DNA of 64,000 nucleotides from Patescibacteria group bacterium (GCA_019752595.1 JAIELV010000001.1:120486-184485); one strand, 5' to 3'; positions 37,635 through 48,158 are shown, counted from the stretch's first letter. Notes: generated from the letters alone by a model not told the origin. Program-made: numbers and translations.

Positions 37635-39032
37635 ATGGCTCGGCATTTATACGAAAAACTGAACAGAAAGGCTGCCACACGAAACCCTGACCTTCGTCTC
37701 GATTTTGATCCAATGACTGTTCCGTACGAACAGCTACATGAAGTGCTTCGTGACCCACTAACGTTTGCAAAGCGTATTGAGCGTTTTTCACGAGAAGTAC
37801 AACCTGGCATACAGGTAACTGGCGAGACTATAGAGCTTGGCGATGGGCATTTCACAAATCGTTACGACCTCATAGTAGATACAAACGATCCTCTATTTAG
37901 CACGAGAATTATAAGCATGCCATCAGCAACTCATGCACGTAACCTCTTGCGAAGAGATAAGAAAATAAAAGCCACAGTAAACGGTGGTTTTTATTTTCTT
38001 GCTGACGGTAAGCCATCTAAAGTGCCGAGTGAACCCACCTTTAATCTAAATATTCGAGGTGGAAAAGTGTTAGGACTACCTGCCACTGACACTGTGGGCC
38101 TGCTCAGTGTCGACGGAAAATTGACCGCTGAAGTCATACGAGCACAAGGAAAGATGAGAGTTGGCGAGAAGAAAATCCGCTGGAGAGGTGGGCAACACAT
38201 TGCGCACGGGGATCGTTCAACAGAATCTGAAACGTATCTTCTCGATCAGAATGCAGTGTTGTTCAACTCTTCTTGTTGCACGCTTGAATATGAGGTCCCT
38301 GGTGACAACACAAGTCTGCGCATGGTCCAAGAGCATCTAAACAAAACACCAACTCGTCAAGATGTCACCGATGTTGTTGTTCGTACGTCTCCCGATGGAA
38401 CATTGCGTGTGCACTCTGTGCTCCCAGGAGGAGGTTCGGATTTTTTTGACGGGAATTTTGTATTGCAGATGTCAAACGACGTTGCGCGAGATATTAAGAC
38501 AGGCGACGAAGTAGAACCAACCCTACTCGACAATATTGAGATTTACGGCATTGAATCAGCAATTACCGTTGGTCCTCTCGTGCATCATTTTCTTGAAAAC
38601 GAAGGTCATTCAGTAAATGCCGACAAATCGCTTGGCAATTCACCGTTTGGTCGCGTGCGGTTCGCTCGTTCGGTTGCGTATGAAGACAACGACGGAAAAC
38701 TTCACTTCACTGTTTTCGACGCAGTGCCGCGCTCAACATACATGAAAGGTATTACTCCGCATGAAATTGCTCGGTTAATTCCTACAGATGCTCGGTGGGC
38801 AGTATTTCTTGATGGCGGACAGTCATCAAGAATCACGTATGAGAATGTTCAAAATGATGAAGTAGACATCCGTTCTTTTGGGAATAAAGCATATTTACGA
38901 CTCCACACTGCAGACGAAACTTCACTCGGAATTATGGAGCCAAACCAACGGTACATCGGCCCTGGAATCGGTAGACCAGTTCCTTCGTATATAGCGATCG
39001 AGAAATATATAGATTCATCTAACAGAGACTAA
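37635..39032 (+). CDS. Phosphodiester glycosidase (NAGPA-like) domain protein
   Basis: VNGGFY, ARS, LDGGQSS, RPVP motifs. Confidence 0.7.
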   Translation: MARHLYEKLNRKAATRNPDLRLDFDPMTVPYEQLHEVLRDPLTFAKRIERFSREVQPGIQVTGETIELGDGHFTNRYDLIVDTNDPLFSTRIISMPSATHARNLLRRDKKIKATVNGGFYFLADGKPSKVPSEPTFNLNIRGGKVLGLPATDTVGLLSVDGKLTAEVIRAQGKMRVGEKKIRWRGGQHIAHGDRSTESETYLLDQNAVLFNSSCCTLEYEVPGDNTSLRMVQEHLNKTPTRQDVTDVVVRTSPDGTLRVHSVLPGGGSDFFDGNFVLQMSNDVARDIKTGDEVEPTLLDNIEIYGIESAITVGPLVHHFLENEGHSVNADKSLGNSPFGRVRFARSVAYEDNDGKLHFTVFDAVPRSTYMKGITPHEIARLIPTDARWAVFLDGGQSSRITYENVQNDEVDIRSFGNKAYLRLHTADETSLGIMEPNQRYIGPGIGRPVPSYIAIEKYIDSSNRD

Positions 39033-39033
39033 A

Positions 39034-40752
39034 ATGAAACAGAATTACGAAAATGTAGGGGATCTTCCGCCAAAAAACGCGAATGCGTTCTTTGAAGCGC
39101 TCAAATCGAGGGAGATTATTCCCGGAAATCAATATATTGCTTTCGTTGGAGCACATTATGACGACGAATCATCATTAATTGGGGCACAGATTCCGCTCAT
39201 GCCACTGAGTTCAATAATTCATACTACCGATAGTGCGCCTCTTGATCCTCGGTTTTGGGCAGAGAAGCATGCGTCTGCAGAGGAATACTCAGCTCACAGA
39301 CGCACTGAAGTGACGAGGGCACTCAATATTGCAGGGCACGTAGGTCCACGGTCTACGCCGCACATTTCTGACCAAACTGCCGCATTCAATTTGGTGGAAC
39401 TCACACGCGGCTTGGTAGAAGAGTTTCGAAGCAAAAAAATACAGATTGCTATTACACACGCATATGAGGGTGGACACCCAGATCACGATGCCACCGCGTT
39501 CGCTGTCCACGCGGCAGCGGCTATTTTGCGAAAGGAAGGAGGAAGTCTTTCAATTGTCGAAGCCCCCTCTTACCGTCTAAAAAATCCTGATGATCACGAC
39601 TTTGGTGTCGGAGAAATTGATGTAAATCAACGGTTTGAGCATTATCCTGGAAGCACGCCGGTGGTATTTTATCTCACCCCTGAACAGATTGCTCTGAAAC
39701 AAGCGTTATTTGCAGCGCATAGTTCCCAAGCGCATGTAATGGCTGAAATGAGTACAGATACTGAGCAATTCCGTGTTGCGCCGAACTATGATTTCACACA
39801 CGCAGCACATGGCGGGAGATTGTCACACATCTACGCGCGCAATGGGATAACTCCCGAACGCTGGTCTGAACTTGCGGGAGAGGCTTTGCGCCAACTTGGA
39901 CTCTCAGCGCAAGAACTTTCTGTAGCGCATGAGAATGTAATCCCATTTAGACCGGATGGAATAGAACTTCAGACTCTACAGTATTTCTACGATGGAGGAA
40001 ATTCTTTTACTCTCAAGAATAGAGAAGGGAATAAAGCGTTCACTGTTCCCATTCCAGAAGGAAGTGCTCCTCCGAGAGGTGGTATGTCGCTCGCAGACAA
40101 CGTCGGAGATGTTAAGGGAAAGCGCCTCCTTGAATTGGGTGCGGCAAGTTACGGCATAAACATGTTCGCCGCACTGCTGCATGAGGCTGAGTCAGTCTAC
40201 GGTATTGAGATTGGCCCCAACGAAGCAGCTTTTCTAGAAAATTCGATTAGGCAATTAGGACTGGAGGGTCGAGCAAAAGTACACGCTGGTGGCAACATTC
40301 CAGAAAACGCTGGGCTCTTTGGTGCGATCATCGCAAACTTGCCGATGATGCCCTCAAATGACCGTGCTCAAACGGAGGGTGATACTTACAACTATGCAGG
40401 CAGTACAGGTTGGGAAGTTATCGACTCATACCTTCCTGATATAGAAAAACACCTCGATACGGATGGATACGTTCGTTTCGGGATTCTCGACTTCTTGGGC
40501 GTAGATGAACGCACCGGACCCGATGTTCCTTCCGCGCGTGAGCGCTTCAAAGCGCTAGGGCTTGAGATTAAGACCATTGCCAAGGGTAAACATGATGTAG
40601 ATGGAGACCACCCATTCCTCACTCGGTCTGGATTATTGGAATACGTGCGCGCACTCTATCCTGACTATCCGTTCGGAGAAGACGGTTCATACACAACATC
40701 AATAATTGAAGCCAGATATCCACGCGCCTCAGAGAGTCAGAGAAAAGACTAA
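39034..40752 (+). CDS. PIG-L deacetylase fused to a class I SAM methyltransferase
   Basis: GAHYDDE, THAYEGGHPDHD, H.SQ; C-terminal LLELGAASYG..., IIANLP. Confidence 0.75.
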   Translation: MKQNYENVGDLPPKNANAFFEALKSREIIPGNQYIAFVGAHYDDESSLIGAQIPLMPLSSIIHTTDSAPLDPRFWAEKHASAEEYSAHRRTEVTRALNIAGHVGPRSTPHISDQTAAFNLVELTRGLVEEFRSKKIQIAITHAYEGGHPDHDATAFAVHAAAAILRKEGGSLSIVEAPSYRLKNPDDHDFGVGEIDVNQRFEHYPGSTPVVFYLTPEQIALKQALFAAHSSQAHVMAEMSTDTEQFRVAPNYDFTHAAHGGRLSHIYARNGITPERWSELAGEALRQLGLSAQELSVAHENVIPFRPDGIELQTLQYFYDGGNSFTLKNREGNKAFTVPIPEGSAPPRGGMSLADNVGDVKGKRLLELGAASYGINMFAALLHEAESVYGIEIGPNEAAFLENSIRQLGLEGRAKVHAGGNIPENAGLFGAIIANLPMMPSNDRAQTEGDTYNYAGSTGWEVIDSYLPDIEKHLDTDGYVRFGILDFLGVDERTGPDVPSARERFKALGLEIKTIAKGKHDVDGDHPFLTRSGLLEYVRALYPDYPFGEDGSYTTSIIEARYPRASESQRKD

Positions 40753-40885
40753 TACATCAACCGTTCAACAGGGGCAATGATACATAAAAAGTCGGTGTCG
40801 CTAAAAAAAATTACACGGGGTGCGCGCCAGACACCGCATCGGATAAAAGTAATGGGGTTAGATGTATACAGGAAGAAATACTACC

Positions 40886-41467
40886 TTAAGAGGCAACTTC
40901 CCGTGAGATCTCAAACAACGGAAAAGAAATATGTTCGTTTAACGTAAACACACCTGACGGTGTGAGTGGTACAAGATTTTGTAGTTGTGAGGCAAGCGCG
41001 TTACCTACAATGATTCCGTTTGGCTTGGCAAGCTTATTTATTTTGACACACGTACTTACCGTCGAACCAAACAAATCAAGAATCTGCCCCTCTACGCCTT
41101 GCATTATTGAAACAGGCCCAAAGCTCATGGAGACTCGCACTTCTACTGGGGGAAGGTTTTGTTCTTTTAGTTTCTGATTTAACTCAGGCAATGAGGAAAT
41201 AATAGAGCGAGAACAGGCAATTGCCGACATAAAAACTTTTTCTGTCACTTTTCCTTCTTGCTGTATATAAAATAAGAAACCGTCGCCTAAGTTTTTTACC
41301 ACCTCTGCCTGTGCGTTCTCAATGTGTTCGTTATAGTGAGAAAGTAATGTCGTAAAAAATACATCGGTTTCTTCTGCAGAAAAATTCGCAATAAGCTCCG
41401 TAGAGCCAACTATATCAACCATGCCAACGACGTATTCTTCGTGTAACTTGCGGAAATTAATTTTCAT
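40886..41467 (-). CDS. Stand-alone class III adenylate/guanylate cyclase
   Basis: VDIVGST, KNLGDG, DLFGSTV. Confidence 0.85.
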   Translation of the reverse strand: MKINFRKLHEEYVVGMVDIVGSTELIANFSAEETDVFFTTLLSHYNEHIENAQAEVVKNLGDGFLFYIQQEGKVTEKVFMSAIACSRSIISSLPELNQKLKEQNLPPVEVRVSMSFGPVSIMQGVEGQILDLFGSTVSTCVKINKLAKPNGIIVGNALASQLQNLVPLTPSGVFTLNEHISFPLFEISREVAS

Positions 41468-41502
41468 ATTGGCAGTACGTATTTTAAAAAAACCTGAATT
41501 GA

Positions 41503-42978
41503 TTAATGCATCAACCGTTCTACGGGTGCAAAGTCGTCCGTCAATACTATGTTGCTTTCAGGAAGCGTTGCCTGTACGAGCCCGACCTCAGGAAAACGTT
41601 GAGAGACAATAAATTTCGAAAGTTCTCCACTGTACGAGGCTACAAAAATAAGATTTTGATTTACTTCAGATTTCTCTGACATCACGTAGAGCGAGACATG
41701 CGGGAATACAGTTTTCAGGGTTTTAAAAAGAGCAGCCGAGAAATCTGAGTATTCGCCCGCGTATGCGCCGTGTGCATTTATCACCAAGTGTGACCCACTA
41801 TGCATATTCTCTGCGACACTTTCAAACATTTCTTTGGTAGTCAGGTGAACAGGAATACCTTTCGAGGTGCCGAATGTATCCATAAACACGATGTCGTACG
41901 CGTCGTGTTTTCTTTTTAGGAAAATTCGTGCATCTTGATGCGTTATTGAAAGCGTGGGGAACTTTGAAGAATCAAAACTGAAATACTTTTGAGCTATTGC
42001 CGTCATACCTGGGTCAATCTCCGCAACATCTGCCGTTATTTTAGGGAAAAGCCTTAACAGGTATCGAGGGTAAGAATAGTTGCATCCTCCAAGAAAAAGA
42101 ACGCGAGCAGTTTCTGCAGGATTGACAACTTCGCGCACCATTTCAAATGCTTTCAGGTAAGGAAACACGAGAACCTCTTCATTCGCAGTGCCGTCTTCCT
42201 GTATTTCCATCGCGCATTGCGTGCCAAAAGGGTCGGTCGAAAGGGTGCGAACTTCATCAAAACGTTCCAGGCGATCTATTAAAACGCGGCTATACGCTGT
42301 TGAAATATCTGCTTCGGTCATACTTGCTCGCGTGGGAAGCGCGTTGAGGAAAAAGGCCAGCGCCACCACCACACAAAGGATGACCGCATGAACTACCGCA
42401 TTTTTGCGCAAAAAAAGAAATCCAAGAAAGAGAAGTAGAACTGCAACACCGAGAAGAATGTAGCTGACACCAAAATACGAAAGTAAAAATGCACTTGTCA
42501 GAACTGCGCCTACGATTGAGCCAGCTGTGCCTACTGCATACAGCGTGCCCGTGGCACTCCCTGCGTTTTCAACATTCCTTATTAAATTTCGAACCAGTAT
42601 CGGCGAAACAGCAGCGAGTATGAAAACAGTAGGCATAAAGAGGACTGTGCCAACCAAAATCGCTCCCCATGTTTCTGAAAGCTCTGTGACCGCAAAGAAC
42701 GTAGGCACGGCGTCGCGCACACTCCATGCAATCAGTGCCGCAAGCCCAGCGCCAAAAATGAAACGCCCCAGAGTAGTTTCAGAAGCGTTTTTGTCGGCAA
42801 TTCTCCCACCCCAGTGATACCCCAGCGCCATTCCGAGAAGTACCACTGAAATCGTGCCTGCCCATACGCCAACCGCGGTGCCCAAGTACGGAGCCAGAAG
42901 TCTGCCTCCCGCAATTTCAAAAATTAAAATAGCCGCGTTTGTGATAAACGATACCGCGTATACAACGGCGGTGTTCAT
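41503..42978 (-). CDS. Fused MFS/spermidine synthase-like protein
   Basis: EIAGGRLLAPYLG, GSIVG, EIDP, DAR.FL, YD.VFMD.F. Confidence 0.9.
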   Translation of the reverse strand: MNTAVVYAVSFITNAAILIFEIAGGRLLAPYLGTAVGVWAGTISVVLLGMALGYHWGGRIADKNASETTLGRFIFGAGLAALIAWSVRDAVPTFFAVTELSETWGAILVGTVLFMPTVFILAAVSPILVRNLIRNVENAGSATGTLYAVGTAGSIVGAVLTSAFLLSYFGVSYILLGVAVLLLFLGFLFLRKNAVVHAVILCVVVALAFFLNALPTRASMTEADISTAYSRVLIDRLERFDEVRTLSTDPFGTQCAMEIQEDGTANEEVLVFPYLKAFEMVREVVNPAETARVLFLGGCNYSYPRYLLRLFPKITADVAEIDPGMTAIAQKYFSFDSSKFPTLSITHQDARIFLKRKHDAYDIVFMDTFGTSKGIPVHLTTKEMFESVAENMHSGSHLVINAHGAYAGEYSDFSAALFKTLKTVFPHVSLYVMSEKSEVNQNLIFVASYSGELSKFIVSQRFPEVGLVQATLPESNIVLTDDFAPVERLMH

Positions 42979-43430
42979 TATGAAAAAAGGGAATCCACAA
43001 CCGATTTTACAAGTGTTCCGTCTGCTTTCCCACTGAGGTCTTTCATGACACGACCCATCAAGATGCCCGCATCTTTCTTTTCAGTGATACCAAGGTCAGC
43101 TTTTTTCTTTTCTACCACTGCGCGCACCTCCTCCTCACTCATCAATGGGGGAGTGTATGCAACAAGGATGTCGTATTCTTGTGCCTCTTTGTTCGCAAGC
43201 TCCGATCGCCCTGCCTGTAAATATGCTGCGCCTGCTTCTTCGCGTTTCTTCATCTCACGACGGATGATTGCAACAACTTCTTCATCAGGCAGACCCTCAA
43301 TCAGCATACGTCCGCCTCTTTTCATCTCGTTTGTAATTGCAGTAATGAGCATGCGCAAGGTGTCCACTTTCACGGATTCACGGGCGCGCATGGCATTTTC
43401 CATGTCCATCCTGATTTTTTGCTGTAACAT
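42978..43430 (-). CDS. GatB/YqeY domain protein
   Basis: AMRAR...TLR; KKREEA..Y..AGR.ELA; G.LMG.VMK...GKADG. Confidence 0.92.
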   Translation of the reverse strand: MLQQKIRMDMENAMRARESVKVDTLRMLITAITNEMKRGGRMLIEGLPDEEVVAIIRREMKKREEAGAAYLQAGRSELANKEAQEYDILVAYTPPLMSEEEVRAVVEKKKADLGITEKKDAGILMGRVMKDLSGKADGTLVKSVVDSLFS

Positions 43431-43462
43431 ATGAGGGACAGTATACCAAAGCAGGTACCGCT

Positions 43463-44158
43463 ATGCTGATTCCATACCAGTTCGCATATCTCTTCTGGGC
43501 CCTCTTTTTCGGGGCGTTTTGGCTTCTTTTTTATGCGCTCAAGCCGTCGGTACGACGCGAAATGCTCATACTGTCGGTGATTATGGGTATTTTAGGTCCG
43601 TTTGCTGAATTCTTTGCGACCCATAACTACTATCACCCCTACACGCTCTTTGGAACCCGAATTGGAATTGAAGATTTTCTCATCGGTTTCTTTTATGGCG
43701 GGGTGGGTGCAGCGCTGTATGAAATGTTTTATTTCAGGCAACCCAACTATTCTTCACGACCTGGGTACGCGCCTGGAGCAGTGTTTGCATTGATTCTCGC
43801 GTTTACCGCAATGTACGCTGGTGCGTTTGTGTTTCCTGAAATGACTATCTATGGGCTTCTTGTGGTGATGTTTTTAATAGGCACGTCGATTATCGTGTAT
43901 CGTCCGAATTTGGTGAAACACGCGTTTGTCACAGGGGGGTTAATGGTTGTGCTTACGTTCGTCTTCTTTCAAATTTTTACTACAGTGTTTCCTGGTATCG
44001 TACAGGCGTGGTGGGAGTTAGATAAAATCTCTGGCGTTCTGATTTCAGGAATTCCACTTGAAGAAATTCTCTTCGCCTTTTTGTGGGGGTACGTGTTAGG
44101 CCCTGCATCGGAAACCGTCGCAACGATGCAGTGGAAAGACGTCTTTAAATTTAGTTAA
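43463..44158 (+). CDS. Lycopene cyclase-domain membrane protein
   Basis: GIEDFL and GIPLEEILF repeats; multi-TM. Confidence 0.75.
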   Translation: MLIPYQFAYLFWALFFGAFWLLFYALKPSVRREMLILSVIMGILGPFAEFFATHNYYHPYTLFGTRIGIEDFLIGFFYGGVGAALYEMFYFRQPNYSSRPGYAPGAVFALILAFTAMYAGAFVFPEMTIYGLLVVMFLIGTSIIVYRPNLVKHAFVTGGLMVVLTFVFFQIFTTVFPGIVQAWWELDKISGVLISGIPLEEILFAFLWGYVLGPASETVATMQWKDVFKFS

Positions 44159-44336
44159 GCGTCCGTTTCTCAAGCTCTCTGCGTTCATCCTCGGTGAGAG
44201 GAAAAGAACCCGTTAATGCCAGATCCAAAGCATTCTCAGCTTCCTGTCTATCTTCGGCAGAGGTGGTCATTCGTACCCATAAATTTCTGACTGCTCGCTT
44301 GAGTTCAAAAGGGCGACGGTATCTTTCGACTGTCAT
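44151..44336 (-). CDS. Hypothetical protein
   Basis: Small ORF divergent from rmuC. Confidence 0.5.
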   Translation of the reverse strand: MTVERYRRPFELKRAVRNLWVRMTTSAEDRQEAENALDLALTGSFPLTEDERRELEKRTLN

Positions 44337-44377
44337 ACTTAAAATAATGTATACCTCGACGCTGGTATAATCAAGTC

Positions 44378-45424
44378 ATGGAAATGCTCCTCATCGGTCT
44401 GGTAATAGTACTTCTTTTGGTAAACGCTGGGGTAGTTTTTCTGCTTATGTCACGCTCGGGCAAAAAGGACGACGGGCAGGGCTTGAGCCTTATTCAACAG
44501 CAGATTGCCGAACTGACACGCACATTGGACGCGCGCGTGGCGGACTCCTCAAAACAGATGAACGATTCTATGCGGTCGCAATTGTCAGAATCTGCAAAGA
44601 TGATTCGTGATGTCACGGAGGGATTGACGAAGCTTGATGAGACAAACCGCCAAGTGGTTTCTTTTGCCGATCAACTACAGAACCTGCAGGACATTCTAAA
44701 AAATCCGAAACAGCGTGGAATTTTAGGCGAGTACTATCTAGAAACCGTTTTGAAGAACGTCATGCCTCCAGGTAGTTTTCAGATGCAATACGCATTCAAA
44801 AACGGAGAAATTGTAGACGCCGTTGTTTTCATGCGCGACCACATTATTCCGATTGACTCCAAGTTCTCGCTCGACAATTACAACAAAGCAATCGGTGCAC
44901 GAGAAGGAAGCGATAGGGAAGCGTTTGAAAAAGCATTTAAGCAAGATTTGAAAATCCGCATCGACGAAACCTCAAAATATGTTCGCCCCGAAGAGAACAC
45001 CATGGAATTTGCGTTCATGTTCATTCCGTCAGAGGGCGTGTACTACGACCTCTTGGTGAATCAGGTGGGAACTATGAAGACAAACACGCGGGATTTGATT
45101 GAATACGCATTCAGTAAGAAAGTAATCATTGTTTCTCCGACGTCGTTCTTGGCGTATCTGCAGACAGTGCTCCAAGGCTTGAAATCGCTTCAGATAGAGG
45201 AACAGGCAAAAGATATTCAGAAGCGGGTGGGGGAATTAGGTAAACACTTGGGAAGTTACGAGGAGTACATGAAGAAGCTTGGGGTCACACTTCAGACGAC
45301 CGTGAACCACTACACCGCGGCGTACAAGGAATTCGGAAAGATAGATAAGGACGTCATGCGCATATCGGGTGAGTCTGCAGGAGTCACACCACTCGCGGTT
45401 GCAGGGCCGAATAACGAGGAGTAA
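44378..45424 (+). CDS. rmuC: DNA recombination protein RmuC
   Basis: K.RG.LGE..LE; IPIDSKF; FAFMFIPSE; VSPT. Confidence 0.93.
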   Translation: MEMLLIGLVIVLLLVNAGVVFLLMSRSGKKDDGQGLSLIQQQIAELTRTLDARVADSSKQMNDSMRSQLSESAKMIRDVTEGLTKLDETNRQVVSFADQLQNLQDILKNPKQRGILGEYYLETVLKNVMPPGSFQMQYAFKNGEIVDAVVFMRDHIIPIDSKFSLDNYNKAIGAREGSDREAFEKAFKQDLKIRIDETSKYVRPEENTMEFAFMFIPSEGVYYDLLVNQVGTMKTNTRDLIEYAFSKKVIIVSPTSFLAYLQTVLQGLKSLQIEEQAKDIQKRVGELGKHLGSYEEYMKKLGVTLQTTVNHYTAAYKEFGKIDKDVMRISGESAGVTPLAVAGPNNEE

Positions 45425-45433
45425 GGTAGTGGG

Positions 45434-45790
45434 GTGAAAAGGGAATCGGTTATTGTCATAAAACCCGAGCTCTACGCTCAACTCCCCAACCAAGCTTGGC
45501 TGAATCGTGATAAAACAATCGGCGTTGAGTTTGCAGGACAAAAATGGATTGTCGAGGGCGATGCGGGAACGCAAGTGCCAACGCACATTACTGAAAAGGC
45601 GATAGTTGATATTTACGGGGTGCCTATGTCGCTTGTTTCTATACGACGTTTGGCGCGAGTCGTTATCGACAAAAAGGAAGAGATAGTCCCAATCCTCCGT
45701 TACAGTCAGTGTCGCCTGCCAATTAATGTCGTAAGACAAATGGGGGCGTGGAGTAAGCCAGGCCCAGCGCGAGGAAGGTATCGCGCGTAG
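45434..45790 (+). CDS. Hypothetical protein
   Basis: Orphan ORF between rmuC and glmS. Confidence 0.5.
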   Translation: MKRESVIVIKPELYAQLPNQAWLNRDKTIGVEFAGQKWIVEGDAGTQVPTHITEKAIVDIYGVPMSLVSIRRLARVVIDKKEEIVPILRYSQCRLPINVVRQMGAWSKPGPARGRYRA

Positions 45791-45834
45791 ATACGTTACC
45801 GAAGTGCACATAATCAGGTACTATTACCGAAGAT

Positions 45835-47655
45835 ATGTGCGGAATATTTGCGTATACGGGAGATAAGAAAGCCCAGCCCATTCTCCTTGAAGGGCTTCAA
45901 TCCTTGGAATACCGCGGGTACGATTCAGCGGGTATTTTTATGCCAGGTTCACCGCTCGTTAAAACACCAGGCGCCGTTACTGAACTCAGAAAACGCGTTC
46001 ATTTCACTTCAGATGCAAAAAGCGGTATCGCGCATCTGCGCTGGGCGACGCATGGGGAACCTACGGAGGTAAATGCGCACCCGCACGCGGATTGCACAGG
46101 AGATGTGTATGTGGCGCACAATGGTATTATCGAAAACTTTAGAGAACTGAAAGCGGAGCTGGAGAAAAGAAATCACACGTTTAAATCACAGACGGACACG
46201 GAAATTTTGGCGCACCTGATTGAAGAAGGGGTGGTTGCTGGCAAATCGTTTGAAGATGCAGTTATCGACACTCTTCAGCAAGTGCGTGGCACGTATGGCC
46301 TACTCATTTCATACGCAAAAGAGCCAGGCACAGTGATTACCGCACGCATGGGTTCTCCTGTTGTTTTGGGCCTGGGAGACGGGGAGAATTTTATTGCTTC
46401 TGATGCCACGCCAATTTTGCGCCACACAAAAGAAGTGGTGTTTTTGAACGATGGCGATATTGCCATCATTACTCCGACGTCGCACCGTGTACGCACGCTC
46501 ACCAATTCTGAAATCGACCGTCCCGCAGAACACGTTGATTGGGACACGGAAGAGGCATCCAAGGGTGGGTATCCGCACTTCATGCTGAAAGAGATTCACG
46601 AGGCACCAGAGGTACTGGAGAACGCAATTCGCGGACGTTTAATCGCTAAGGAGGGCAGAGCAAAACTTGGTGGTATTGAATCGGTTGCGGACACGCTGGC
46701 AGATTTGGACCGATTGATTATCACCGCGTGTGGCACCGCGTATTACGCAGGACTTTTAGGTGAATACCTGATTGAAGATTTGGGCGGGATTCCTGTCGAA
46801 GTTGAATTGGCTTCGGAATTTCGTTATCGGAAACCCATAATTAGAAAAGGTACGGCTGTTTTAGCGGTGACGCAATCAGGCGAGACGTTGGATACGCTCG
46901 AAGCGATTCGGGAAGGGAAGCGCCGTGGTGCTTTGACACTCGGCGTGGTGAACACCGTGGGCTCTACGATTGCGCGTGAGACAGACGCAGGAGTGTATAA
47001 CCACGCAGGTCCTGAAATCGGCGTTGCTTCAACAAAGGCGTTTGTGTCTCAGGTCGCAGTACTTTCTCTTGTTGCATTGTTTCTAGGCAGATCACGCGGA
47101 CTTTCGGAAGACGAAGGTAGAAAAATAGTGCAAGGTTTGCAGGAATTACCTGAGCTTGCAAGAAAAGTGCTGAAGCTTTCCGAAACAATCAGAAAGATTG
47201 CCCTGAAATACAAAGACGCACGCGACTTCCTCTTTATCGGGCGTCGTTACAGCTACCCTGTAGCGCTCGAGGGTGCGTTGAAACTAAAAGAAATAAGTTA
47301 CGTGCACGCGGAAGGATATGGGGCAGGGGAGATGAAGCACGGACCTTTAGCGATGATTGATACTAAATTTCCGACTGTGGCGATTGTGCCTCAGGATTCC
47401 GTGTACGAAAAAACGCTTTCCAACATGATTGAAATACAGGCGCGCAAAGGTCCGCTCATTGCAATTGCCACAGAAGGGGATGAGCGAGTGAAAGAAGTCG
47501 CAAACGACGTAATTTATATTCCAAAGACTATTGAACAGCTTTCGCCAGTCCTTTCAGGTATTGCGGTTCAGCTCTTTGCGTATCACTTTGCCGCCGAAAA
47601 AGGCCTCAACGTCGACCGCCCCCGCAACCTTGCAAAATCAGTGACGGTAGAATAG
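45835..47655 (+). CDS. glmS: Glutamine--fructose-6-phosphate transaminase
   Basis: MCGI, LEYRGYDSAG, RWATHG, PRNLAKSVTVE. Confidence 0.97.
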   Translation: MCGIFAYTGDKKAQPILLEGLQSLEYRGYDSAGIFMPGSPLVKTPGAVTELRKRVHFTSDAKSGIAHLRWATHGEPTEVNAHPHADCTGDVYVAHNGIIENFRELKAELEKRNHTFKSQTDTEILAHLIEEGVVAGKSFEDAVIDTLQQVRGTYGLLISYAKEPGTVITARMGSPVVLGLGDGENFIASDATPILRHTKEVVFLNDGDIAIITPTSHRVRTLTNSEIDRPAEHVDWDTEEASKGGYPHFMLKEIHEAPEVLENAIRGRLIAKEGRAKLGGIESVADTLADLDRLIITACGTAYYAGLLGEYLIEDLGGIPVEVELASEFRYRKPIIRKGTAVLAVTQSGETLDTLEAIREGKRRGALTLGVVNTVGSTIARETDAGVYNHAGPEIGVASTKAFVSQVAVLSLVALFLGRSRGLSEDEGRKIVQGLQELPELARKVLKLSETIRKIALKYKDARDFLFIGRRYSYPVALEGALKLKEISYVHAEGYGAGEMKHGPLAMIDTKFPTVAIVPQDSVYEKTLSNMIEIQARKGPLIAIATEGDERVKEVANDVIYIPKTIEQLSPVLSGIAVQLFAYHFAAEKGLNVDRPRNLAKSVTVE

Positions 47656-47670
47656 ATTGCTCCTAAAGAA

Positions 47671-47892
47671 ATGGCTTTTGAAGTATTTAACGTTGGAGAT
47701 CGTGTCGCGGTTGATGGGCCCAATGGACCCCGCTTGTTCATTGCAGAAGTCTTGAATGGTCAGTGGTCGGGGTACTTCCATTTACGATATGGGCAAAGTG
47801 GTAGCGTAATAGAGAAAAATGGAGAGAAGAAAAAATTCCATAGAAGCCTTTTAATCAAGGCGCCTGAGGTTCAGGGTCCGCGCGGAGACTAA
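47671..47892 (+). CDS. Small SH3/KOW-like hypothetical protein
   Basis: FNVGDRVAVDGPNGP. Confidence 0.55.
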   Translation: MAFEVFNVGDRVAVDGPNGPRLFIAEVLNGQWSGYFHLRYGQSGSVIEKNGEKKKFHRSLLIKAPEVQGPRGD

Positions 47893-47915
47893 ATGTGCTA
47901 TACTTAGTATAGAAC

Positions 47916-48110
47916 ATGGGGTTGGAAAAGCGATTTAGTCCTGGAGAAAAAGTTACGATAGAAGGTCGCCCTGGTGTCTATGTAGTATCCAAATATGATA
48001 CTGATCCACTCAGGGTACCTCTTGTTCCTTTGAGGGGTGGCCCAGACGAGAGTGTACCCCGAAGTCTTGTGCAAAAGATGCCACAAGTGCCCCCGCAAGC
48101 CCACTCATAG
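47916..48110 (+). CDS. Small SH3-like hypothetical protein
   Basis: FSPGEKVTIEGRPGVYVV; preceded by the palindromic -10. Confidence 0.55.
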   Translation: MGLEKRFSPGEKVTIEGRPGVYVVSKYDTDPLRVPLVPLRGGPDESVPRSLVQKMPQVPPQAHS

Positions 48111-48158
48111 GTCTTTTTGGTTGCACTCTAGAGGCTTTTCGGGTAGGATACACGGACT

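Noticed and set aside
45790-45835. glmS ribozyme
   Set aside because: Only ~45 bp of intergenic sequence and no recognisable motif
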